Shown here: piece by piece, positions 1 through 7,307 of the stretch | Numbering within the stretch: position 1 is the first letter of the stretch | Layout of the letters: each line of letters starts with the position of its first letter | Assembly (NCBI RefSeq): GCF_000025685.1 | Contig: NC_013967.1 | Location: forward strand, 1,080,001-1,112,000 | From: Haloferax volcanii DS2 | GTDB lineage: Archaea; Halobacteriota; Halobacteria; Halobacteriales; Haloferacaceae | Direction of reading: 5' to 3' | DNA: 32,000 nucleotides | Made by a program: the position numbers and the translations under genes | The notes under the pieces: model-generated | The model's database searches: none | What the model was told of the DNA's origin: nothing | What the model saw: the letters and a program-made list of their open reading frames with translations, nothing else

Positions 1-65
1 ACCTCGACCGCGAACTCGACAACCTCGAAACGGAGCTCCGACGCGAGTTCGAAGCGACCGCGTAA
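1..65 (+). CDS. 3' end of an unidentified protein-coding gene (truncated by the window edge)
   Basis: Frame 3 reads LDRELDNLETELRREFEATA followed by TAA at 63-65. The acidic composition fits a halophile protein, but only 20 codons are visible. Confidence 0.3.
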   Translation, partial: LDRELDNLETELRREFEATA

Positions 66-367
66 CGCCGGCGACGACCGTCGACGCTCGGTGAGACAGG
101 GCGAGAAACCGCGAGAGCCGTGCGCTCACGGGGTATGAGAACGGCTGTTGCGGTGGCTTTATACATCGTGGCTCCTAAGCGAAAGTCGCCGGCGCAATAG
201 GCGCTTTTCTCGCCAGTCGTCGGCGACTCCACATCCGCCGCACCCGCCGCAACGTTTCGGGGTCTGTTGCGGCATCCGAAACGACGTGGCCACGTCGTTT
301 CGCGCTCCCAAGCCCGGTGGGAGCGCACTCCCCTCGTCTCACTTCGCCGACTGGTGACGCGAGATTC

Positions 368-396
368 GGCGGGAGGCGAATTCGCCTCCGCCTTTT
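368..396 (+). terminator. GC-rich hairpin followed by T4 (candidate archaeal terminator)
   Basis: ggcgggaggcgaa (368-380) pairs with ttcgcctccgcc (381-392), followed by tttt at 393-396. The T-run exists only on the + strand. Confidence 0.35.
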
Positions 397-507
397 GACG
401 ACCGCTTCGCTCCGAGCCACGGCGTCGCCGCGCCTCGGCGGCGACCCCCCGACCGCCCGACAGTCCGAGAGCGCACGCTTCTTTCCCCCGGCCCCCGTGG
501 AGCCACC

Positions 508-825
508 ATGACCGAGACGATTCGAGGCGACGTGCTGCACGCCATTCCACCGGACGAACTCGACGACGAGGACCTGTCGCCCGAACTCCGGGCGCTGGCC
601 GACTCGCGTCACGTACTCGTCGTTCGGAAGGGCGGCCATCCCTCGATGCTCGACCTCGTCTTGGCGTTCGTCCGCCGCGACCCAATCGAGGCCGTGACCG
701 TCGTGACCGACCGCCCCGCCGAGGAGGACGAGGAAGTGGCGCTGACCGTCGAGGAGACGGGGATGCCCGGCGTCTACGTCGCGGCCGGCGCTCACGGGGA
801 GGCTGAATCGACCGACGGACACTGA
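508..825 (+). CDS. Hypothetical acidic protein (105 aa)
   Basis: ATG-initiated ORF with Asp/Glu-rich halophile-like composition (MTETIRGDVLHAIPPDELDDEDLSPELRALADS...). The overlapping minus-strand ORF 175-822 is Arg-rich shadow sequence. No family recognised. Confidence 0.55.
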   Translation: MTETIRGDVLHAIPPDELDDEDLSPELRALADSRHVLVVRKGGHPSMLDLVLAFVRRDPIEAVTVVTDRPAEEDEEVALTVEETGMPGVYVAAGAHGEAESTDGH

Positions 826-888
826 AAACAGCGGACGGAAAAAGCAGGACTGCTGCGGGGCCGTGACGCGGTGACCGACCGGACGACT

Positions 889-2415
889 TCAGTCGTCTTG
901 CTTTGTCTTGATGTCCGCCGAGAGGCCCTGTGCCATGCGAATCTCCTTGGAGTTGTTGAGCGTCCACGCGGTGCGCTCGGTGACGGCCTCGATGATTTCG
1001 CGGGCCGAGGGGTAGCCGTTGCCGGACTTCTTCACGCCGCCGAACGGGAGGTGGACCTCCGCGCCGATACACGGGAGGTTGCCGTAGGCGAGGCCGACCT
1101 CGGCGTGGTCGCGGAAGTAGTTTATCTGGCGGTAGTCCTCGGAGATGACGGCACCGGCCAGCCCGTAGTCGGTGTCGTTCTGAATCTCGACTGCATCCTC
1201 GATGTCGCCGGAGTATTTCAGCAGGGCGACGTGGGGGCCGAACACCTCCTCGTGGGTGCAGCGGAGGTCGTCGTGGGGGTCGGCCTCGTAGACGAACGGC
1301 CCGACCCAGTGGCCGTCTTCGTGGCCCTCGGGAATCTCGTCGGCGTCGAGTTCGGTGCGGTCGACGAGGACGTTCACGCCCTCCGTCTCCGCGAGTTCGT
1401 TGTAGTTCGTGACTTTCTCCTTGTGGCCCTCCTCGATGAGGGGGCCCATGAACGTGTCCTCGCGGAGCGGGTCGCCCACGGAGACGTTCTTCGCGTTCTC
1501 GACGAAGCGCTCCTTGAACTCGTCGTACACGTCCTCGTGGACGACGATGCGCTCGGAGGAGACACAGCGCTGGCCGGTGGTCTTGAACGACGACATCGTC
1601 GCGGAGTGGACCGCGATGTCGAGGTCCGCCTTCTCCGTGATGACGATGTTGTTCTTGCCGCCCATCTCGCACGCGGCGAGTTTGCCGGGCTGTTGGGCGA
1701 CCTTGCTCGCGACCTCGTGGCCGACCTCGGCGGAGCCCGTGAACAGCACGGAGTCGACGCGCTCGTCGTCGACGATGCTCGCGCCGGCGTCACCGAAGCC
1801 CTGTACCATGTTGAACACGCCGTCGGGGATGCCGGCGTCCTCAAACATCTCGGCGATAATCTGCCCGCACCACGGCGTCTGCTCGGCGGGCTTCCAGACG
1901 ACGGTGTTGCCCTCGACGAGCGCGACGGCCATGTGCCAGAAGGGGATGGCGACGGGGAAGTTCCACGGGGTGATACAGCCGACGACGCCACGGGGCTTGC
2001 GGCGCATGTAGGCGTCCTTCGCGGGAATCTCGGAGGGGACCACGTCGCCTTTGGGGTGACGGGCGTCGCCCGCGGCCCACTCGACCATGTGGTACGCCTC
2101 GATGACGTCGGCGCGGCCCTCGGAAATCTCTTTGCCGCACTCTTTGGTGACGATTTCCGCGAGTTCCTCAGTGCGGTCGCGCAGTTCGTGGTAGATGTCC
2201 CAGAGGTACTCCGCGCGGTCGATGTGGGAGAGTTCGCGCCACTCCTCGTACGCCTCGTCGGCCGCGGCGGCCGCCGCGTCGATGTCCTCGGGCGTACCGC
2301 GTCGGAACGTCCCCAGCGACTCGCCCGTCGCGGGGTTCGCGCTCTCGAACGTCTCGTCGCCGGTGCCGTCCGTCCACTCGCCGTCGATGTAGTGCTGATA
2401 TTCGTCCTGCGCCAT
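889..2415 (-). CDS. NAD(P)+-dependent aldehyde dehydrogenase, probably 1-pyrroline-5-carboxylate dehydrogenase
   Basis: 508 aa with ALDH family hallmarks: ITPWNFP, FTGSAEVG, catalytic Glu in ACEMGGKN, catalytic Cys in GQRCVS, EEVFGP. The P5C dehydrogenase assignment is inferred only from the neighbouring proline dehydrogenase gene. Confidence 0.9.
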   Translation of the reverse strand: MAQDEYQHYIDGEWTDGTGDETFESANPATGESLGTFRRGTPEDIDAAAAAADEAYEEWRELSHIDRAEYLWDIYHELRDRTEELAEIVTKECGKEISEGRADVIEAYHMVEWAAGDARHPKGDVVPSEIPAKDAYMRRKPRGVVGCITPWNFPVAIPFWHMAVALVEGNTVVWKPAEQTPWCGQIIAEMFEDAGIPDGVFNMVQGFGDAGASIVDDERVDSVLFTGSAEVGHEVASKVAQQPGKLAACEMGGKNNIVITEKADLDIAVHSATMSSFKTTGQRCVSSERIVVHEDVYDEFKERFVENAKNVSVGDPLREDTFMGPLIEEGHKEKVTNYNELAETEGVNVLVDRTELDADEIPEGHEDGHWVGPFVYEADPHDDLRCTHEEVFGPHVALLKYSGDIEDAVEIQNDTDYGLAGAVISEDYRQINYFRDHAEVGLAYGNLPCIGAEVHLPFGGVKKSGNGYPSAREIIEAVTERTAWTLNNSKEIRMAQGLSADIKTKQDD

Positions 2416-2438
2416 ATGACTCTAGACTCACAACTAGG

Positions 2439-2446
2439 ATTAATAA
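2439..2446 (-). promoter_or_regulatory. TATA-like box for the aldehyde dehydrogenase gene (leaderless geometry)
   Basis: The minus strand reads ttattaat, centred ~27 nt upstream of the ATG at 2415. This matches the usual haloarchaeal TATA spacing for leaderless mRNAs. Confidence 0.4.
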
Positions 2447-2547
2447 CCCCGGACCCTCCCATGGAAGGGGCGCGCCCGAACCGACGCATCACCGCGACGC
2501 CGAGTGACCACAGATAACATCTTACGTAACGACGTATTACCCGGTGT

Positions 2548-3267
2548 ATGAGCGAGCGCACGGCAGGTGAAGGCACGCGCCTTACGCTCGACCTGTGGCA
2601 TCCGAACTGCTGGGCGATAGAATCGACGAGCGAATACGACGGCGGCATCCTCGCACACGCCATCTACGACGCTCCCGCCGCGGGCGTCGAGCGGTCGAAC
2701 GGGCTGTTCACCGCCTACGGCGAGTCGCTTGACGAGGTCGAGACGCTCCTCGACGCCATCGCCGACTCGGAGCTCACGGGCGAGGTGTTGGAACTGCAAG
2801 AGCGGTTCGACTCCCGCGGGAAGCACGTCGCGCCCGGCCCGGTCGCCCGCGAGTTCTTCTTGGAGTACGACCCGAGCGACATGATGTGTCCGGAGCTGCT
2901 CAAGCAGGGCTTCGTCCACAGCGCCCCCACGCAGATAGAAAACGGCCGCGAGCGGTGGGAAGTCTGGTTCGCCGGCGCGCGCGAGGAGATACAGCCGTGC
3001 ATCGAGACCGTCATGGACGAGACCGGAGCCGAGATTCGCGTCGCCTCCATCTCCACGTCCGAGGGCGCGGAACCGGAGCGCAGTCGGCGGCTCGACACGC
3101 TCACCCGGAGTCAGCGGGAGGCGTTCGAACTCGCGCGCGAAGAAGGCTACTACCGCTGGCCCCGCGAGGTTTCCACCCGCGAACTCGCCGCCGAGATGGA
3201 CATCTCGAAGACGACGCTGCTCGAACACCTGCGCAAAGCGGAGTCGAAACTGCTCGACCCGCAGTAG
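2548..3267 (+). CDS. HTH_10 (Bat-type) family transcriptional regulator
   Basis: The C-terminal motif LTRSQREAFELAREEGYYRWPREVSTRELAAEMDISKTTLLEHLRKAESKLL is the typical haloarchaeal HTH_10 domain. The N-terminal domain carries the WHPNCW motif common in this regulator family. Confidence 0.85.
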   Translation: MSERTAGEGTRLTLDLWHPNCWAIESTSEYDGGILAHAIYDAPAAGVERSNGLFTAYGESLDEVETLLDAIADSELTGEVLELQERFDSRGKHVAPGPVAREFFLEYDPSDMMCPELLKQGFVHSAPTQIENGRERWEVWFAGAREEIQPCIETVMDETGAEIRVASISTSEGAEPERSRRLDTLTRSQREAFELAREEGYYRWPREVSTRELAAEMDISKTTLLEHLRKAESKLLDPQ

Positions 3268-3295
3268 CGCGGGACGATTGGGTGTCCGTCCCGGC

Positions 3296-4135
3296 TCAGA
3301 TACCGGCGACGGCGCGGAGCGCGAACAGCGCGTTCGACTTCCGCTCGCGGACGCGCCGGTAGAAGTAGGAGAACCATTTGTCCCCGTAGGGGACGTACTG
3401 CCACGTCTCGATGCCGGCGTCCGCGAGGTCGCGCTGACCGTCCTCGCGCACGCCCATGAGCATCTGCACCTCGTAGGGCGTCCCGTACTGTTCGTGGAGG
3501 CGGCGGGCGTGCGCAATCATGTGCGGGTCGTGGCTGCCGACCGCGATGCCGCCGTCGAACTCGGTGAACATCTGTTCGAGGAGGTCCCTGTACACCTCGT
3601 CCACCTTCGACTTCTCCTTGTACGCGATGGACGCCGGCTCGTTGTACGCGCCCTTGACGAGGCGGACCTTGCCGGGGACCTCCGCGAGGCGTTCGAGGTC
3701 GTCGCGCGTGCGTTTCAGGTTCGCCTGCACGCAGACGCCGACGTTCCCGCCCGTCCGGTGGCCCAAGTCGTCGACGGCGTTGAGGGTCACGTCGGTCGTC
3801 TCGTGGTCCTCCATGTCGACCCAGACGAACACGCCTTCGGCGTCCGCGGCGTCGACGATGCGGTCGAGGTTCTCCCGGAACGCGCGGTCGCTGATGTCGA
3901 GACCGATCTGCGAAGGCTTCACCGAGACGCAGCCATCGAGGTCCGTCGCGCCGAGTCGACGGACGAGGTCGACGTACGCGTCGGCGTCGGGGTCGGCGGC
4001 CGTCCGGTCGGTGTAGTGCTCGCCGAGCAGGTTCAGTATCCCCGCGATGCCGTCGCGGTTCAGCGACTCGACGTGCGAGACCGCTCCGTCGGCCGTCTCG
4101 CCCGCCACGAAGTTGTTCGCGATGGGGGGTATCAC
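3296..4135 (-). CDS. Proline dehydrogenase
   Basis: 279 aa with a GTG start. MIPPIANNFVAGE..., VSVKPSQIGLD, LVKGAYNEP and the C-terminal YVPYGDKWFSYFYRRVRERKSNALFALRA are characteristic of stand-alone proline dehydrogenase (PutA N-domain family). Confidence 0.9.
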   Translation of the reverse strand: MIPPIANNFVAGETADGAVSHVESLNRDGIAGILNLLGEHYTDRTAADPDADAYVDLVRRLGATDLDGCVSVKPSQIGLDISDRAFRENLDRIVDAADAEGVFVWVDMEDHETTDVTLNAVDDLGHRTGGNVGVCVQANLKRTRDDLERLAEVPGKVRLVKGAYNEPASIAYKEKSKVDEVYRDLLEQMFTEFDGGIAVGSHDPHMIAHARRLHEQYGTPYEVQMLMGVREDGQRDLADAGIETWQYVPYGDKWFSYFYRRVRERKSNALFALRAVAGI

Positions 4136-4267
4136 GACCCGCTATTGTGAGACACGTACCCTAAAGAGAGACCCTACCAAATCATTCTGAAAAATATTCC
4201 TGAAATAATCACGGAACGCTCGTTTCGTCCGACGGGGTCCGGGGTCCCGACTATGGGCGGTCACAGG

Positions 4268-4275
4268 TATATTTA
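4268..4275 (+). promoter_or_regulatory. TATA box for the ABC binding-protein gene (leaderless geometry to ATG 4301)
   Basis: tatattta is centred ~29 nt upstream of ATG 4301, which opens the Tat/lipoprotein signal-peptide reading frame. Confidence 0.45.
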
Positions 4276-4300
4276 CGATAGCTGGAGAGCATTGCTTGTT

Positions 4301-4393
4301 ATGTCATCACACGACATGGAACGCAGAACGCTGCTGAAGCTGTCGGGGCTCTCGCTCGTCGGGGCGACCGCCGGCTGTCTCGAAGGGGAAGGT
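4301..4393 (+). other. Orphaned Tat-lipoprotein signal-peptide coding segment of the binding-protein gene (out of frame with the mature domain)
   Basis: The frame of ATG 4301/4316 encodes MSSHDMERRTLLKLSGLSLVGATAGCLEGEG, with a twin-arginine motif RRTLLK and a lipobox AGC. After the 28-bp duplication this frame runs on as Arg-rich nonsense (DRRLSRRGRRDPRGDD...). Confidence 0.65.
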
Positions 4394-4419
4394 GACCGCC
4401 GGCTGTCTCGAAGGGGAAG
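4364..4419 (+). repeat. Direct tandem duplication, 2 x 28 bp, 27/28 identical
   Basis: 4364-4391 is gcgaccgccggctgtctcgaaggggaag and 4392-4419 is gtgaccgccggctgtctcgaaggggaag. The only mismatch is c4365 versus t4393. The 28-bp unit is not a multiple of 3. Confidence 0.95.
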
Positions 4420-5606
4420 AAGAGACCCCCGCGGCGACGACCACCGAGGAAAGCGGCGGCGACGAATCGTCGTACACCATCGGGATGGTCGACTCGCTCA
4501 CCGGGTCGCTCGCGCCGTACGGCGAGCGCAACACTCGTGGCCGCGAACTCGCGCTCGCGGCCGTCAACGAGGTCGGTATCGGCTCCGAAGGGGCGTCGCT
4601 GAACATCTCCGTCGAGGACGACGAGAGTACGAACCAAGGCGGAGTCAACGGCGCACAGGTGCTCGTCAACCAAGACGGCGTCCCGCTTCTCATCGGCTCC
4701 GTGGGCTCCGGCGTCTCCATCGCCATCCACGACAGCGTCACGAGAGACGCCGGCGTCGTCCAAATCAGCCAGAACAGCACGAGTCCCGAACTCACGACGC
4801 GGCCGGAGCTGCTTCGGATGAGACCCTCTGGTTCCGCGAAGGGACAGGTGCTCGCCAGCCTCGTCAACGACGACGGCCACGACACGGTCGCCGTCACGTG
4901 GATCAACAACGACTACGGGACGGGGCTGTCCGAGGTGTTCGCCGAGATGTTCGAGTCCGAGTTCGACGGCACCGTCGCCTACAACGAACCGCACGACCAG
5001 GGTCAGTCGCCGTACAGCGGCGTCCTCACCGAGATGGCATCGACCGACGCCTCGGCGTGGATCTTCCTCACGTACGCGAACGAGTACACGGTCATGGTCA
5101 ACGAGGGCTTCGACCAGGGCTACAACACGTCCGTGGACTACTACGGCGCGGAGTCCACCGTCGCCGACTCCATCATCGAAAACACGCCCGAAGGCAGCAT
5201 GGACGGGATGACGGGCATCACCGAGAGCGCCCCGCAGGACCAGGAGAACTACCAGAACTTCGTCGCCGCGTTCGAGGAGAACTACGACGGGACGCCGACG
5301 GTCTGGTCGGCGTACGCCTACGACGCCGTGACGGTCGCGGCCATCGCCATCGAGGCGGCAGACGAGTTCACCGGCGAGGCGCTCGCGTCGGTCGTCCGCG
5401 ACGTGACCCGCCCCGAGGGCGAGGAGGTCTTCAACTTCGAGGAGGCCGCGGCCGTCCTCCGCGACGGCGGTTCGCCGGGCGACATCAACTATCAGGGCGT
5501 CAGCGGCCCGGTCGACCTCGACGAGAACGGCGACCCGCCGGGCTACTACCAGATTTACAGCGTCGAGGACCACGAGTACGTCTTCGGTGACTACATCACG
5601 AGCTAA
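4392..5606 (+). CDS. Branched-chain/amino-acid ABC transporter substrate-binding protein (LivJ/K-type); mature-domain ORF, probably a frameshifted pseudogene
   Basis: 404-aa acidic ORF with periplasmic-binding-protein type I character (YTIGMVDSLTGSLAPYGE, LIGSVGSGVSIA, WINNDYG), followed by livHMGF-type genes. It starts at a GTG inside repeat copy 2 and lacks its own signal peptide, which is encoded upstream in another frame. Confidence 0.8.
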   Translation: MTAGCLEGEEETPAATTTEESGGDESSYTIGMVDSLTGSLAPYGERNTRGRELALAAVNEVGIGSEGASLNISVEDDESTNQGGVNGAQVLVNQDGVPLLIGSVGSGVSIAIHDSVTRDAGVVQISQNSTSPELTTRPELLRMRPSGSAKGQVLASLVNDDGHDTVAVTWINNDYGTGLSEVFAEMFESEFDGTVAYNEPHDQGQSPYSGVLTEMASTDASAWIFLTYANEYTVMVNEGFDQGYNTSVDYYGAESTVADSIIENTPEGSMDGMTGITESAPQDQENYQNFVAAFEENYDGTPTVWSAYAYDAVTVAAIAIEAADEFTGEALASVVRDVTRPEGEEVFNFEEAAAVLRDGGSPGDINYQGVSGPVDLDENGDPPGYYQIYSVEDHEYVFGDYITS

Positions 5607-6186
5607 CTATCGCGCGCTGGTCTTCCTGTCGTTCGGAACCGAACCCGAGCGCTACGGCGTGTCCCGACAGGGCCCGATTCCGTGGGTCCGCGAGACGCTC
5701 GGCATCGCGGTCACGCCGCGCAACCTCGTCGTCGTGGCGCTCACCGTCGTCCTCGTGACGGCGTTGCACCTGACGCTGACGCGGACGACGCTCGGTCGGA
5801 AGATGCGCGCGACCGCCGACAACGCGGACCTCGCGCGGGTCAGCGGGATTCGGACCGGCGAGGTCATCTTCGCCATGTGGCTCATCGGCGGCGCGCTCGC
5901 CGCGGCCGGCGGCGTCTTCCTCGGACTGGAGGAACTCGTCCGCCCGCGGATGGGCTTCGACATCCTGCTTATCGTCTTCGCCGCGGTCATCCTCGGCGGC
6001 ATCGGCTCCGTCTACGGCGCGATGCTCGGTGGCCTCGTCATCGGGATGGTCCACGAGCTCGTTCCGCTGTTCTACCAGTGGGGCATCATCCCGGTCAGGT
6101 CGCGGTACGCCGCGGCCGTCGCGTTCGTCATCATGGTCGCTATCTTGCTCGTTCGCCCGAGCGGAATCGCGGGTGATAACGGATGA
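5587..6186 (+). CDS. livH: Branched-chain amino-acid ABC transporter permease, LivH-type, lacking the N-terminal ~125 residues
   Basis: 199 aa align only to the C-terminal ~60% of LivH. ANYRALVFLSFGTE corresponds to LQNYVSLTEGS at about residue 128 of E. coli LivH. Also present: TRTTLGRKMRATADNADLARVSGI, AAVILGGIGSVYGAMLGG and the LLVRPSGI tail. ATGA overlap with livM. Confidence 0.8.
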   Translation: MTTSRANYRALVFLSFGTEPERYGVSRQGPIPWVRETLGIAVTPRNLVVVALTVVLVTALHLTLTRTTLGRKMRATADNADLARVSGIRTGEVIFAMWLIGGALAAAGGVFLGLEELVRPRMGFDILLIVFAAVILGGIGSVYGAMLGGLVIGMVHELVPLFYQWGIIPVRSRYAAAVAFVIMVAILLVRPSGIAGDNG

Positions 6187-7307
6187 GCGCCGTCACCTCG
6201 TGGGTGACCGAGACGCTCGTCCGCGACGCGACCGAGCGGCGCATCTTCGCGGTGCTCGGACTCATCACCGTGTTGCTCGTCGTCGGCGTCCTCACCGGCG
6301 TCGTCGGACTGCGCTTCCTCCTGTTCCAAATCGCGCTCGTCGGGATGTACGCCCTGCTGTCGCTCGGACTCAACGTCCAGTGGGGCTACGCCGGACTCAT
6401 CAACTTCTCCGTCGCCGCCTTCTGGGGAATCGGCGCGTACTGCGCCGCGCTGTTGACCGCGCCGAACTCCCCGCTCGGACTCGGACTCCACCCGGTGTTC
6501 GGGTTCCTCGGGGCAATCGTCGTGAGCGCGCTCATCGCGGTGCTCATCGGCATCCCGACGCTCCGCCTGCGCGAGGACTACCTCGCCATCGCCAGTCTCG
6601 GACTCGCCGAGGTCATCCGCACCATCATCCTCAACGAAGACCAGTGGACCGCCGGGTCGAGAGGTATCAGCGGCATCCCGAACCTCCTGTCGTGGCTCCC
6701 GCTGACCGACTCCGCGACGACGGCCGCCGTCGTGGTCGTCCTCATCGCCGTCGTCTACCTGTTCCTCCGGCGCGTCCACCGGTCGCAGTGGGGGCGCGTC
6801 CTCCGGACCATCCGGTCCGACGAGGACCTCGCGAAGGCGCTCGGGAAGAACACCTACCGATTCAAGATGCAGGCGTTCGTCCTCGGCTCGGTCATCGTGG
6901 CCGTCGCCGGGGCGTTCTACGCCCACCTGAACCTCTACATCGACCCCTCCGACCTCGTTCCCCTGACGACGTTCTACATCTGGATCGCCGTCATCCTCGG
7001 CGGGACCGGGTCGAACCGCGGGGCGGTCGTCGGCGCGGCCGTCGTCATCGCCATCCGCGAGGGGACCCGCTTCCTCAACGACATCGGGTTCATCCAGACG
7101 CTCGGCGTCGACTTGGCCCCGCTCCGACTGCTGTTCGTCGGCGGGCTCATCATCCTCATCATGCGGTTCCGGCAGGACGGGCTCCTGCCGCCGAAGGACG
7201 AACTCATCTGGCCGGCGGCGCGCGACGGAAGCGGTGCCGGCGGCGCGTCTCCCTCCGGTGCCGCCTCCGACGGCGGGACCGCCTCGAACGGGGGTGACGA
7301 CCGATGA
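6183..7307 (+). CDS. livM: Branched-chain amino-acid ABC transporter permease, LivM-type
   Basis: 374 aa, multi-TM, with LNVQWGYAGLINFSVAAFWGIGAY and LREDYLAIASLGLAEVIR motifs typical of LivM. Start and stop overlap with the neighbouring genes. Confidence 0.9.
   Translation: MSAVTSWVTETLVRDATERRIFAVLGLITVLLVVGVLTGVVGLRFLLFQIALVGMYALLSLGLNVQWGYAGLINFSVAAFWGIGAYCAALLTAPNSPLGLGLHPVFGFLGAIVVSALIAVLIGIPTLRLREDYLAIASLGLAEVIRTIILNEDQWTAGSRGISGIPNLLSWLPLTDSATTAAVVVVLIAVVYLFLRRVHRSQWGRVLRTIRSDEDLAKALGKNTYRFKMQAFVLGSVIVAVAGAFYAHLNLYIDPSDLVPLTTFYIWIAVILGGTGSNRGAVVGAAVVIAIREGTRFLNDIGFIQTLGVDLAPLRLLFVGGLIILIMRFRQDGLLPPKDELIWPAARDGSGAGGASPSGAASDGGTASNGGDDR

Noticed and set aside
66-507. Possibility that the structured intergenic region is RNase P RNA, SRP RNA or a tRNA
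   Set aside because: I could not find the conserved RNase P CR-I/CR-V motifs (GGAAAGUCC-type), SRP helix-8 motifs or a tRNA cloverleaf. It is left as an unclassified candidate sRNA or UTR.
175-822. 215-aa minus-strand ORF, plus small ORFs 148-357, 317-511 and 339-545
   Set aside because: These are Arg/Pro-rich with no motifs. The region 66-507 is better explained as non-coding and structured, and 508-825 (+) is the halophile-like frame.
871-2663. ORFs 871-2517 (+) and 1374-2663 (-) overlapping the aldehyde dehydrogenase gene
   Set aside because: Only the 889-2415 minus frame carries ALDH catalytic motifs and acidic composition. The others are Val/Arg- or Ser/Arg/Thr-rich alternative-frame readings.
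4253-5590. 445-aa ORF starting upstream of the binding-protein gene
   Set aside because: Only its first ~47 codons (the Tat-lipoprotein signal) are meaningful. After the 28-bp duplication it is an Arg-rich out-of-frame reading of the binding-protein gene. It is treated as the frameshifted 5' part, not as an independent protein.
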